Source: Yuukianura sp. NJ FZ-2021
Lineage: Eukaryota
DNA: 64,000 bases
Direction: 5' to 3'
NCBI GenBank assembly: GCA_046563655.1
Contig: CM102284.1
Coordinates: forward strand, 434,001-498,000
The translations under genes were made by a program, and so were the position numbers. The notes beneath the pieces are model-generated. The model did not search any database. It saw only the letters and a list, made by a program, of their open reading frames with translations, and was not told the DNA's origin. Below are positions 52,511-64,000 of the stretch, piece after piece (position 1 is the first letter of the stretch; each line of letters starts with the position of its first letter).

Positions 52511-53384
52511 TAGTTAATACTGGAAACGAAATTCTCTACGGGAATTTCAATTAGCCAGTTAACTGAGTTAGTTTTTAGGATTCTGTTTGTTTTAATTGGT
52601 TTTGAGATGGTCTTGGTGTCGATGCTCTCTTCAGGACCTTCAACTCCACGTTACAACTTGTTCCTCTCCTTGAGTTTTTGATTTCCTCTACAGGGAAATC
52701 TAAGTATTTGGTAATTTTTGGAAAATCGGGCAGCACCCGTGCGTGATTTCGAATTTTTGAAATTTTTTGGGCAGCACCCGTGCGTAATGTTTGATTTTGG
52801 AATTTTTGGCAGCACCAGTGCCTTTATTTTATGTAGGGGTTGTTATATGAATCTCTTCCTTCTTTTAATTTGGCATCAAATGGACAATGAACGATTTTCT
52901 CTACAGGAAAATCGGTTCAGTCTATCGAAAAATCTCTTCAGGATTTTTCAAAATGAGCGACGAATTGCTCTCTGTCCTTTGGTTTGGTGTCCTTGACCTC
53001 TGAACTTTTCTCTACGGGAAAATTTCAAAGTGTTTGAATTTTTGAAAAAATCGGGCAGCACCCGTGCGTGAAAACGATTTTTGGAAAATTTTTGGCAGCA
53101 CCCGTGCCTTTATTTGACCTTTGACCTGACCCGTCTTTTCTCTACCGGAAAATACAGGTAGGTTGTTGATTTATTCCAATGCTGGATTGCTTTTCTCTAC
53201 AGGAAAATCAATCAGCTGGTAGGTCAGAATTTCCTCTACAGGGAAATTCTCATCGGTTTATCTCGTCTCCTTCTTCAGTTGTCTTCAATTGAGCCTTTCT
53301 CTACAGGAAAGTCTCACTTGACCTCTTGACCTTTCATTTCAGTTGAGAACATGACATCACTGGAATGATCCCTTCGGCCGCCAC

Positions 53385-53749
53385 TGCAACAACCCCGCAG
53401 TCCCTGAGACCGAAACTGTGATTTCCTCTACAGGGAAATCTGCAGTTCAGGTCGAATCTTCCTGGAGAGAAGATTTGACCTGAGGTCAACAATGCTTGGT
53501 TCTCCTAATGTGCCAACATCAACTGGAAAATGAAATGGTCGAGAACAACAAAGTGAACTAATGGAATAACTTTTATTGAGATGTTCACTTGTTGAAGGTT
53601 GGGAAGAGACTCCCGCTACAGAAAATGCGAATAAAGATCTTTCTGTAACCTACACTCAGAGAACATAGTCCTCCTACTTTACCTATGCCTAACTACTCGG
53701 TTTCCTCCGGAGTTCCGAATCCGTCCCTCGTCAGTCCCTGTCCGCTTCA
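53385..53749 (-). repeat. 5' LTR
   Basis: Adjacent to the PBS-like sequence at 53367-53383. Confidence 0.95.
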
Positions 53750-53990
53750 ATGCATAACTTTTTCATGAAGCCAAAAAAGTTAAAGGTCAGCCTCTGCAAA
53801 TCCTCCAGGACTTTCTGGGCTTCATCGAACAAAGTTAAAATCAATTTGTACAAAAAGTTTGAGTATTAGAAGTTAGCAGTATTTAAGCCTCCCTTTTCCA
53901 GAATTTGGCAGTAGTTGTTCATCCTTCGTCGCTTGGTGAAGGTGGATCCATCCAGAAAAACTCGAATTATTTGAAGATTTTTAACAAAAG

Positions 53991-55643
53991 ATGAGTTACA
54001 GTGGTGGCTACAATGGTGGCTACATGCCACCACCTTATCCACCCGGTGGCTACGGCTATCCACAGTGGGGTCCACCAAATCCATTTACGACTTCGTTCCA
54101 AGCATCGCTCCAACCTGGAGCCAGTCGGTTCGGAAACCAAACCGTGGTGGACAAAGTTCCAGCAGAGATGTTGAGTCTCATAGATCCTCATTGGTACCAA
54201 TTCCCTCCGATGAATCCTCTGTGGCACTCGATTCTGGGTGTTGCCATGACGATATTCGTCATTTTGTCGCTCGCTGGCAACGGAGTCGTCCTGTCCGTCT
54301 TCATGTCAACCAAATCCCTGCGCACTCCAGCCAATCTCCTGGTGGTCAATCTCGCCTTCTCTGACTTTTGCACCATGTTGACCATGGGAATTCCAATGAT
54401 CATCAACTGCTACTACGAAACATGGATTTTCGGTAAACCATGAATCATAACTTAACTTGAGTTGATTAATCATGATTAACTTACCTTGGATATGTTAGGT
54501 CCACTGATGTGTGAAGTTTATGGAATGCTGGGGTCACTCTGGGGGTACCTTTCAATTCACTCCATGGTTCTCATTGCTCTGGACAGATACAATGTCATCG
54601 TCAAGGGTTTTGCCTCAAAACCACTCACCACAAAATCCGCCATTTTGAAAATCCTCCTCACGTGGTTCATCGCTCTCGTCTGGACAGTCATTCCACTTTT
54701 CGGCTGGAACAGGTAAGTGCAATGCCCAATATGCAAGCAATGTATTCCTCAAGGTTCGTAAACAAAATAGTTTTTTCTTCAACAGGTTAGCCAATAACTA
54801 GAACTTTTTAAATTTTTAAACGTTTTGGACAGATACGTTCCGGAAGGGAACATGACATCTTGTGGACTGGACTATCTGAACAAGGATTGGTTCTCACGGT
54901 CCTACATCTTGGTCTACGCATTCTTCGTCTACTTCCTTTCTCTGTTCACTATCATTTATGCTTACTACTTCATTGTCAAGGTATGTATGCAGTTTTCAAA
55001 ATTTCGAAAGAAAAAAAATCAAAAAAAAAAAATTCTGAAAACTCAACCTGGTTTCCAATTCCAGGCCGTTTTTAGTCACGAGAAACAAATGCGGGAGCAA
55101 GCTAAGAAAATGAATGTAGCCTCTTTCCGTCAGAACCAATCCGACGAGACCAAGAAACAGTCTACGGAAGCTAAACTCGCAAAGGTAATTAAGTAAACTA
55201 ACCTTAATCAAGTAAACTAAACTTAATCAACTAAAAACTCAATTAACTACTCATTAGCACTATCCGTTTATCCTTAGATTGCTTTGATGACGATCAGCCT
55301 TTGGTTCCTGGCTTGGACTCCCTACCTCGTCATCAACTTTACCGGAATCTTCGAACCATCCAAGATCTCTCCACTGGCATCAATCTGGGGCTCAGTCTTT
55401 GCTAAAATGGGCGCCATTTACAACCCAATTGTCTATGCAATCAGGTACGCCTTACTCACAACTCTAATTAAAGTTAATTAATTCCTCAATTAATCAATTA
55501 ATTGATCCTTTAGTCACCCCAAGTACCGTGCTGCTCTGCTCAAGAAGTATCCTTGCCTGGCCTGTGCCACGGAACCACCGGAATCAGACATACTTTCCCA
55601 AACATCGAATGTCACCAAGGCTAACCTCGAGGAGACGGCCTAA
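53991..55643 (+). CDS. Long-wavelength-type rhabdomeric visual opsin (6 exons)
   Basis: [69 protein letters not shown], retinal-binding Lys in [18 protein letters not shown]. Confidence 0.96.
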
Positions 55644-55856
55644 TTCCTACACTCCGCAATCTGGACTTGCAAATGTCGTTTGTCAAACGAATTTTAAAAC
55701 ATTACATTTCTGCAATTAGTGTCACTTTTAATTACTTTGTCATCAGTTTCTCGAGTTGTAGCATTAGAAGAACCGCCAGAATGAAAAAGTTTAGCTAAAT
55801 ACTATGCAAATTAGTTGTTTTCTCCCAGGATTTTGTGGAATACAAATGAGAGTGAT

Positions 55857-56765
55857 TTATGCTGTGGTGGTTGTGGGTTTGACGATGCAGTGAGTGACAC
55901 CGTCACTTAAATAAGCGATTTGAGCAAAGGCTGCTCTGGAGAGTGTAAGACATCGACCGTAAGCAAGGTCCTTCGGCCTTCCCACGATCTGGACGGTAAC
56001 TGATCGCTTGAGTTCGGGATTTGTGACGGAAACGTACGAACCAATCGGAAGTTTGGGATGGAGTCCGGAAAGACTGGTGGGATCCATGTAGTATACTTGA
56101 CGCTTGAAGAATCGCTGCGTAGCATGAGCTGGATTGGTATAGTCTCCAGACGTAGTACTTCCGCCGCTATAGGTACTCGCTGGGACGTACCCGGTTCCAG
56201 TGTTTCCGTAGTAAGTACCTTCAGCATTTTGGTGGTACCCATTCTTATTGGTATATCCTGTGTCGATACCGCTATAATCTGTGTTGGTACCGCTATATCC
56301 TGTGTCGATACCGCTATATCCTGTGTTGGTACCGCTATATCCTCCATTGGTACCACTATATCCTGTGTTGGTACCGCTATAACCTCCATTGGTACTGGTA
56401 TAGCCGCTATTTGCACCGCTTAAGTATGCAGCTACTGATGGATCGTACCCAGCGTTTGGATGGTAGCCAGTTGCCCATGAATTTAAGTTATCGTAACCAG
56501 TATTAGCGTAGCCTGAGTCCACAGCGCCACTAGAATCCTCGTCCGCCATTTCTCCAGTTGTTGACCAATCACATTCCGCATCCTCTAAAAACAAGTTTAA
56601 TTAAACTAAAAGTTTAAATATTTGGGCGCTAAATTCTTAATTTGTGATTGATTGCTGACCTGTGTTTGGTGGTAGCGTCGGGTCTGCCGACCAGAAGCCA
56701 CCCAAAACGCCTGGGATGGCAAAGCCAACAATGTTTAGTGTCGTTACAAACATTCGCAGCTTCAT
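55857..56765 (-). CDS. Secreted protein with GYSGTN repeats and a C-terminal RlpA-like double-psi beta-barrel; exons 56765-56660 and 56584-55857
   Basis: Signal peptide MKLRMFVTTLNIVGFAIPGVLG; 21-bp repeats; GTYYG, LHPKLPIGSYVSVTNPELKRSVTVQI and GRCLTLSRAAF align by eye with the RlpA pattern AHxTLPxGTxVRVTN..GRSVxVRI..GRIIDLSxAA. Confidence 0.75.
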
Positions 56766-57135
56766 CACCGCTAAATTCAAATTCTTAACAAACGACACTC
56801 TAAAAAAAGCCGGAACGCGGTGAGTTTGAAAACGGAGTTGACTTAAACTACTTTTTTTAAATAAACTTTTATGAAGGAGAGCCAAAAGTTGAAAATCGTA
56901 AGTGAAAGGTCTTGGTCAAGGCTCACGTCATTTATACACGCAAGGCTAAGGGTCGCTTCAAGTGTACCCTTAGCAATAAGTAGGTCAAGGGTGCATGACT
57001 TCGAATTTTGTGCGATCCCTTCGTGTTCAAACAAAATTGGATGTAGGTCACTTGCGTGTTTTCATGTAGGTCAAGGTCTTTTACTTAAAATTCTCAATTT
57101 CCAAAGTCACATACGTTGGTTTTTCAAACAGATTT

Positions 57136-57741
57136 TCACTCAATTACTTCCTTGTAGTGTGCTAAATGCTCGTCACAATTCCCCCATCGCTTCAACCTCA
57201 GCTCTAGTAAAAAATAAATAAATCATGAAATTCTGAAATCTTCAAATTTTTTCAACTCGCTTACTCGGATCTTTGCGCTGGGCACAGAGAAAGAAACATC
57301 CGTTGTCGTACGTCTTTGCATCAGAACCTAAGTCAAAGTAAAAGGTCAAAGTCAAAATAGAGGTCAAAGGTCAAAGGTCAAAGTCCTTACCACAATGGGG
57401 GTCAATGAATCGTTCCACACACATGCATCCCTCTTGTCGCTTCTTCTTCTCCTTGTCTTTTTCACGGTGTCCATGCGCTATTTCGTCAATGTACTGCAAA
57501 ATCCCACAAAAAATTTGAAATTTCAAAATTTGAAATTGCCATTTTCAAAAATTCAACTTAAATAGTTAAATTTTAATTTTCTTACGTCAAATTCTGCTGG
57601 AAGATCGTATCTCGCGTTGGCTATAAGGAGGGCTTTGTATCTCTCTATATTTTTCGTTTCTTCTTCCGTAAGTCCTGCAAATCCATTTCTAGGAACCACA
57701 AAATACAAAATTAGAACAAAAAGATGTAGGCGTATGGTCAT
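57136..57741 (-). CDS. Secreted single-domain Kazal-type protease inhibitor (4 exons)
   Basis: Signal peptide; spliced GCMCVERFIDPHC|GSDAKTYDNGCFFLCAQRKDP|KLRLKRWGNC carries the six-Cys Kazal pattern. Confidence 0.85.
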
Positions 57742-58059
57742 CTTTCGGATGTTAGCAAAACTGAATTCAAAAAGTTACTTACAGTTCCAACTGGACACAA
57801 AACGTACTTTTTAAAGTGCGGTTTACATAAAAACCACAGGCACAGAAGCTCAAAAAGTGACCACAAAAAGGCTCCACCTTTCCTCTCAAGTTAAAGTTAA
57901 AGCGATTTGTAAAAAAAAAATTGAAACTTTTTAAAAATGCTAATCGAACTTTAATTAGTGTAACACTTTTTTAAAGATTTGAAAAAGAAAATTTTTTAAA
58001 GAATTTCTTGGGATTTTAAACAAAGTTTGACTCCGATTTCACGATTCTTTCGGAAGGTG

Positions 58060-59951
58060 TTAAGCCCCAGGGACGATATTTTCATTTTTTGCATCTTGTG
58101 AATTGAGTGCCGCTGTGGTTCTAGATGATGCTGAAGCATCATCTGCGCATGCGTCGAAACCATTTTGGGCAGTAGAAGGCGTTCCTGCGTTCTGATTGGC
58201 TGGACGTGAGATTGCTGCTTTCTGATTGGCTGGAGCTGGAATTCCTGCTTTCTCATTGGCTGGCGCTGAAGTGCCTTTGATGTATTGAATGAAAACTGAA
58301 GTTTCTCCTACTGTAGTCACTGGCTCCAGTTTGGATTCTTTTGCCAATTCAGCAATCTTCTGTCTGTACAGATTACGTTGGTCTGGACGAAGTTCCAGCA
58401 AGTAGCTACATTTCAAAAAAAAAAAAAAAACTTTCAAAATTCTGAAATTTTTTTTGAAAATCCAATTGTGTCTTTCTTAACCGAGTGTCTTCAATCAAAA
58501 CAGGAGCTCCGGACTTGAACAAGTTTGTGATTGGTGGAATCAAGTACTGCGCAGAAGCAGTAGAAAAAAATCCAGCATCGAAGAATCCTTGCTGGAACTT
58601 TGCAAAAAATCTCGGTGTTCCGAAAGTCGCTGGTGACAAAAGTGTAACTCGAAGATGCTTGGCCAGTACTTTGCAAGTACTTGCAGCGATCGCTGAAAAG
58701 TACTGCTGCAAATTGTGAATTGAAATGTCGTAGGCACTGCATTTGTACTTTCCATTTTCAGTTTTGAACAAATCAGAGTCGTCGGCCTGAATTCCAAAAG
58801 AAATGAACGGTCCAGTCACAATTTCTCCACGGTAAGACAGGAAAGCTCCGCCCCCTGATGCAATTCCTAAACCAATTTTTTTAATTTTCATAATTTCATC
58901 AGTTTTCAAAACTTTTTTCCAAAATTTCTAACCAGTTGCTAGAGACACATTGGGTTGAGAGTAGTCAGCGTCAAAATCGGCAAAAGCGATTCCCGTTTGG
59001 CGCCATTTTTTGTACTCAGCAGCAGCGATTACACACGGTCGATTATCTGCTAAATGCATGTTGTAGTCCCAATCAAACACATTTTGACGTGCGTCGTATC
59101 TCACACCCAAGTGCTTCTCAACTCGTTTTTTCCTAAAAATTTTCAAAATTTCCAAACTTTTCAAAATTTCATTTCAAAATTTCTGAATTACCAGCTATCT
59201 TGAATCGGAAAAGTTCCAGAGAAGCTTTTCCAGTGATTGAATATTTCAAAGAGGTCATCCCTCTCTCGAAACTTGAGGTGAGACAGGTCAAACACACTTC
59301 CCTCAGTTGGAGTGCTTACTAACCTGTAATACAAAACAAAAATCAATTAATTCAAAATAAAATTGCATTAATATAAAATTATATGTAAATTACTTCTTAC
59401 TCAATCAGTTTGTCTGTCATGTCAATGAGAGTTCTGCGCGTCTTGGGTCGAATGAGCGAATTTCCAAAGATTTCCAGCCACTGGAGACATTTTTCCTGCA
59501 GCCCAACTTGTGTCAGAGGCTGCATCGCCAGTAACAGCAGCAGCATCTGACGACCAATAACTTCTGGAAAGTCCTCTGCTAAGTAAAACTGAAAAAAAAG
59601 TCATTTAGGTCAAAGGTCAAAGGTCTAAGCTTTCACTAAGTCAAAGGTCACTCCGACCTCAAGAACGACGTTGTTATTCTCCAGAAATTCTCGATTTTTT
59701 GAAAATGTTTCCAGCACATGCCGAGCATCTGCTTGCCCGACCACTAGAATCCGTATAGCTGCTGTGTTACGTTGTTGATCGCCTGTAATTGATATAATAT
59801 ATTGCATTAATATAAATATAAATTAATTAATTGAAATTAATTATTAATTGATCCACTTACGAGTGATATACTGCATGAAGTCTATGGCAGGACTGTGACC
59901 CCACAGGGGGACTTGACCTAGTCCAGCAATTGGGCCACCACCGTTTGACAT
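58060..59951 (-). CDS. DNAAF3: Dynein axonemal assembly factor 3 (PF22)
   Basis: GLGQVPLWGHSPAIDF, ILVVGQADARHVLET, LGVRYDARQNVFDWDYNM, YKKWRQTGIAF, YRGEIVTGPFISFGI. Confidence 0.85.
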
Positions 59952-60283
59952 TGTCAGTACAAGTTCAAAAGTACTGCGTATGCTGTAATTGTTGCAAATA
60001 CTTGGAAGCGGAAATGAAAATGATGCCAGTAGGATTTAAAAATGCTGCCAATATGAATTACTTCCAAAACGGGGTAAATCCTTTGATTCGCCTCCACACA
60101 AAAATGATTGATCAAACAACACACTCGGGTTCTCAGATCGTTGTGAAGAGTTGCCATGGCAACGCATTTTAGACTCATTTATTACCTTCTACTTCCATAA
60201 AATACGAATGTGCTGTTGGAAACGATGTGCAGTCATGTCAGTAAGTCTTCTTTAAGTATTAAAAATGCTTGGATGCTGACTAC

Positions 60284-61738
60284 TTATGCTGCTTGAGGTT
60301 GAGATGCTGATGCTGCGGAGGATATTTCAGCATTCTTCAGCCCTTCTATGCTCTTCGTTAGACATTCTTCTGCTCTATGAAATGCTTCCAAGTTTTTGAA
60401 TTTTGAGGCCAAGTCTTTTGCTTCTGAACAAACTCTAGTCGCTTCCTCAAACTCCGATTTCTAAAAAACATAAACAGAATTCAATTGACTGAGTTAGAGA
60501 TATTTTTAAAATTTTCAAAATTCTAAAAAATTTTCTTAATTTTTTTTTTTTTTTTTTGGAAAAACTACCTGAAGATGAATGTTGCCAACATTAACTTTAA
60601 TTCCGGAATACAAATCGGTGTACTTCTCTTTCGCAATTTCTTCAATCTCCGAGAAAAGTTTAAACGCTGCGGTATGGTTGCCTTTCAGAGCAAGGGCAGT
60701 GGCAAGGTCACTTTTGACTGAAATTGTCTAAAAAAACAAAAAAAAAACACATAAGATCAAGTGTTAAAAGTGTTGAAATTGTCAAACAAGTTAAAAGTTT
60801 TAACCTAAGTGTTAAAACTGTTAAAAATTGTTGAAATAGTAAGGGAATGAGATTACTTGTTGAGAATCCGGACCAACAGCTTTGGTAACATGAGCCTCCG
60901 CTTTCTTCAGACAAAACACTGCTTTCGCTAGATGAATATCCTTCGGGTCAGCGGGTGACCCCAGACGGATGTACAGTTGAGACAGGTCATGTAATGCCCA
61001 TGCACTCAGCATCAGCGTGTCCTCGTCTTCCGCTCCAGCTTCAATCTATTTTCAAGAAATCTATGATTAATCATACTAATTAACTAATCGATTAACTTAA
61101 GTGTTACCTTTTGTTTTTGAGCAATCACACAATACTGAAATCCTGTCATGGCTTCTTCGGTTCTTCCCGTTCTTGCGTAGATTTCAGCCAGTTTGAGGCT
61201 GATTTCCACAAAAGTGTTGTCTGTTACAGTGCACTGGTTGAGGTTGACTAGTCTCTGAGACAAGAACTTGAACAATTCTTCCGCCTTTGCTAACTTGCCC
61301 ATCTTCAGAGCAAGATTAGCCTGGTATGAGGTCACTTGACTCAAAACATCTTGGTAGCCATACTGCTTACTCAGTTGAAACGCCAAATGAAGTTCTTTTT
61401 CCGCTGCATCGTACTCTTGTCTCTGAAAACGAAGGGCAAGGATCATTTTTACAGAAACTAAGAAATGAAGTAAATGTCTGGGATATTTTGAACCATTGCT
61501 GACCTCAACTCACCTCGGCATACAAAATGGACTTCTTGATGTGCATTAACACTCTCTCTTCAGCTGGAATTTTGTCTTCTTCGGTTTGAAAGTACGATAG
61601 GAAGCCTAACGATACTCCACTCCCACCGACAGAACGTTTTACGAAACGTTCTGACTGTGATCTGACGAAAACGAATCGACAAGTCTGGCTCCATAACCTT
61701 GACCATGACCTGTAGAACCCTGGTGCCCTTATATTCAT
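60284..61738 (-). CDS. TTC19: Mitochondrial TPR protein TTC19-like
   Basis: Arg/Ser-rich presequence; AAEKELHLA, KAEELFK, VEISLKLAEIYA and GFQYCV match TTC19; GT-AG junctions in frame. Confidence 0.8.
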
Positions 61739-62516
61739 GTAGAAATTCGAACTGTAGGTTGATCTTAGCATAACAGAGATCTGTCAAAACCAAAATTGCA
61801 TTGTAATCGTTGTTGTGTTTACGTTTTTACATTTCAAGTACTAATTAAAAGTGAAGAAAATCACCTGAGGTTGATTTCGTCCACAGAAGAATTTAAGCAG
61901 TAGTTGTTTGACTCTCGGAAACGTCGACATGACGGTGACCTTTGCAACTATTGCAGAGCTTAGTGACGGGGTTTCCCAAATGGCAATGTGTCAATTAATT
62001 AATTAGTTAAAAACCTACTAAAACTTAATTAAGAAATTAACAACAGCACGGTGAGGATTGGAACAAGAGAAATCAGCTGTTTGTGTTTATGTTCTGCCGA
62101 TAGATTTAAATTTCTTAAGTGGCGGGAAAATTTTGCGTGGTTTTAGTCGGGCCTGACTATTCCTAAGAAAACTCAGATTTTTTATTTTGTAAGGTTTTCT
62201 TCGGTCCGATTTTTCAGTAGTATTTAATCGTTGGGTTGTCATGACAACGTCGTGGTTTCTGTGCTGTTACTACAATGAAGGTTAGTTGATAAACACAACC
62301 AAACGATTTCTATAATCTCCATTTATAATCTCCATTTATAATCTCCATTTCATTTCCGTTTTCATAACGGAATACGGAAACGGAATCAACAAGTTGCAGA
62401 ATCACGTTCACTCATTCGTTCGATCCCTTTTACGAAGATTATTTTTCATATTTCTTTTGTTCATTTCAGAAATTTTTGACACATTTTCTGAAAACTACTG
62501 AAATCTGAATCGCAAC

Positions 62517-64000
62517 ATGACAGCACTGTTCAGAACTAATTCACCTTCAAATCGCCCAAAAGGAAACCAGCAGTCATCGAACAGAGCCAAGTTCCCATTC
62601 ATTCTCATGCCAGTCACCGACATCGGCGAAGACGAAAGCAGTTACGATTGTGACGACTGGTAAACGTTTTTTAACTTAACGTTTTGGTAACGTTAAGCGT
62701 TTAAGTACTTACAAAAATTCCTACGGCTAAGCTTGCAGCACATGCGCAGTTGCTTTTCCTTCCACTTTCAGCAACGTTGACTCACCTTCGCCTCAAGTCC
62801 AGCATCCTGTCCAGTATCACGACAACACAATTCCGGCTCGCCGAAATACCGGAGTACCTGCCGGGATCCGGTCTCGGTTTCCAGCCATTTCCACTTCTAC
62901 CGGTTTGATCGGGGACTCTCCGCTGGAACAAATTCGACGTGCAGCCCGAACGCTGTATCCCTCTTCGGCAGTTCCAGGAAACAACCGAACTTCGAATTCG
63001 GGTTCTCGAGAAAACATTCTGTTCAGTGGGCTTCCACTGCCCAATCAGCAGAGTCAACGTAAGACATCCAAATTTTGGATTCCAAAATTTCAAAAAAAAA
63101 TCGATTTCATAATGATTTTTTTTTTGAGTTTTATGAAAATTTTATGAGAATTTCTATCTAGCCCCAGCAGTGGTGTTGCCACGAGTTCGCAATCGGACCA
63201 CCGCGGCACAACGTTTGAGAGCTCCTGTATGGAATCCATCCGACGATCCAATTTCGCCTGTCACATCACGACGTGTCTCTGCTTCTAATTCGGCTTCACA
63301 GTTAATCTTTGGAGTTGGACGTGGAGATACTGGCAATACTGGCAGTACTGCTGTCCAGAATACTCCAAATACTGCTCGTCAACGCGAAATGGAACTACAG
63401 TTGCAAGAAAAAGACAAAGAAATTCTTCAACTCAAACAGGAACAGGCAAAGTTGAAAATGACTTTAAAAGAAACAGCGATCGAAGCGCAGACGATCAAAG
63501 CTCAGCAAGAATCGCTGCGGCGGGAATTTGCTACGCTGGAAAACCACTTCGAATCGCTGGAGGTAAATTTAAAAAAAAATTACACGAGTCGTGTGACACA
63601 ATTTGTATCTTTTTCCAGGAAAAATTTGACAACCAAGATGACATTGCAACTGTTCGCGAAATCTTGGCTCAAGCCACGACGCGACCAACTCCGCAGCGAT
63701 CCATTTTTCTGGATTCAGCGATCAATTTGACCAAACCGACACCTCCAATGCCAAACTACATTGACTTTGACCGTCTCATTTCCATGACACATGAACTGAA
63801 CTCAATCGCTGGAAGCTACCAAGCACTGGAAATTGGATACACCAGTGTTGGCGCTACTTTCAAACGACCAAACCCAATTACTCTGACACTTTACCGAAAT
63901 GGAATGACGCTGGACAACAATCTGTTTCGTCCTTATGTCGCCGTATCCACAATTCAGTTTATCCAGGACATCTACGACGGATACTTCCCATCTGAGCTCC
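62517..64000 (+). CDS. UBXN11: UBX domain protein 11 (socius)-like, 5' part; runs off the window
   Basis: Coiled coil followed by the SEP domain IDFDRLI..ELN..GATFK..PITLTLYRNG..FRPY..IQDIYDGYFPSEL in the exon starting at 63619. Confidence 0.82.

Larger units (their letters stand above)
49124..53749 (-). mobile_element. Non-autonomous Ty3/gypsy-like LTR retrotransposon, 365-bp identical LTRs, 4-bp TSD ATGC
   Basis: TG...CA direct repeats at 49124-49488 and 53385-53749; atgc at 49120-49123 and 53750-53753; PBS-like TGGCGGCCGAAGGGATC next to the 5' LTR on the minus strand; Pol remnants inside. Confidence 0.95.

Overview
Gene-dense eukaryotic DNA from an arthropod, judged from the long-wavelength r-opsin, BTB-zinc finger gene and short AT-rich introns. 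About 17 host protein-coding genes could be spliced by hand: BTB-C2H2 factor (+), NALCN auxiliary factor NALF/FAM155/Mid1 (-), PLPP6-like phosphatase (+), LITAF-domain protein (+), CRCP/RPC9 directly abutting ZNHIT6/BCD1 (+), NXF1 (+), a 119-aa orphan (+), cytoplasmic dynein-1 heavy chain (+), RFC5 (-), RPL8 (+), LW opsin (+), secreted RlpA-like DPBB protein (-), Kazal inhibitor (-), DNAAF3 (-), TTC19 (-) and the 5' part of UBXN11 (+). Mobile DNA comprises a 4.6-kb LTR retroelement with identical LTRs, two hAT MITEs, two foldback-like elements, a palindromic MITE and a tRNA-derived element. The most interesting signals are: (1) the LTR element lacks RT and the integrase core, yet keeps open ORFs, a U_UUA_AAC plus pseudoknot -1 frameshift signal, and about 15 covarying stem-loops with a CNGWAGA loop; (2) the dynein heavy chain stops right after AAA6 and lacks the roughly 290-aa C-terminal cap; (3) the CRCP stop codon is followed directly by an in-frame ATG for ZNHIT6; (4) a bacterial RlpA-like domain in an intron-containing secreted gene; (5) the conserved 110-nt exon / intron / 37-nt exon cassette of NXF1. 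Gene names come from recalled motifs, not database searches, and coordinates were counted by hand.
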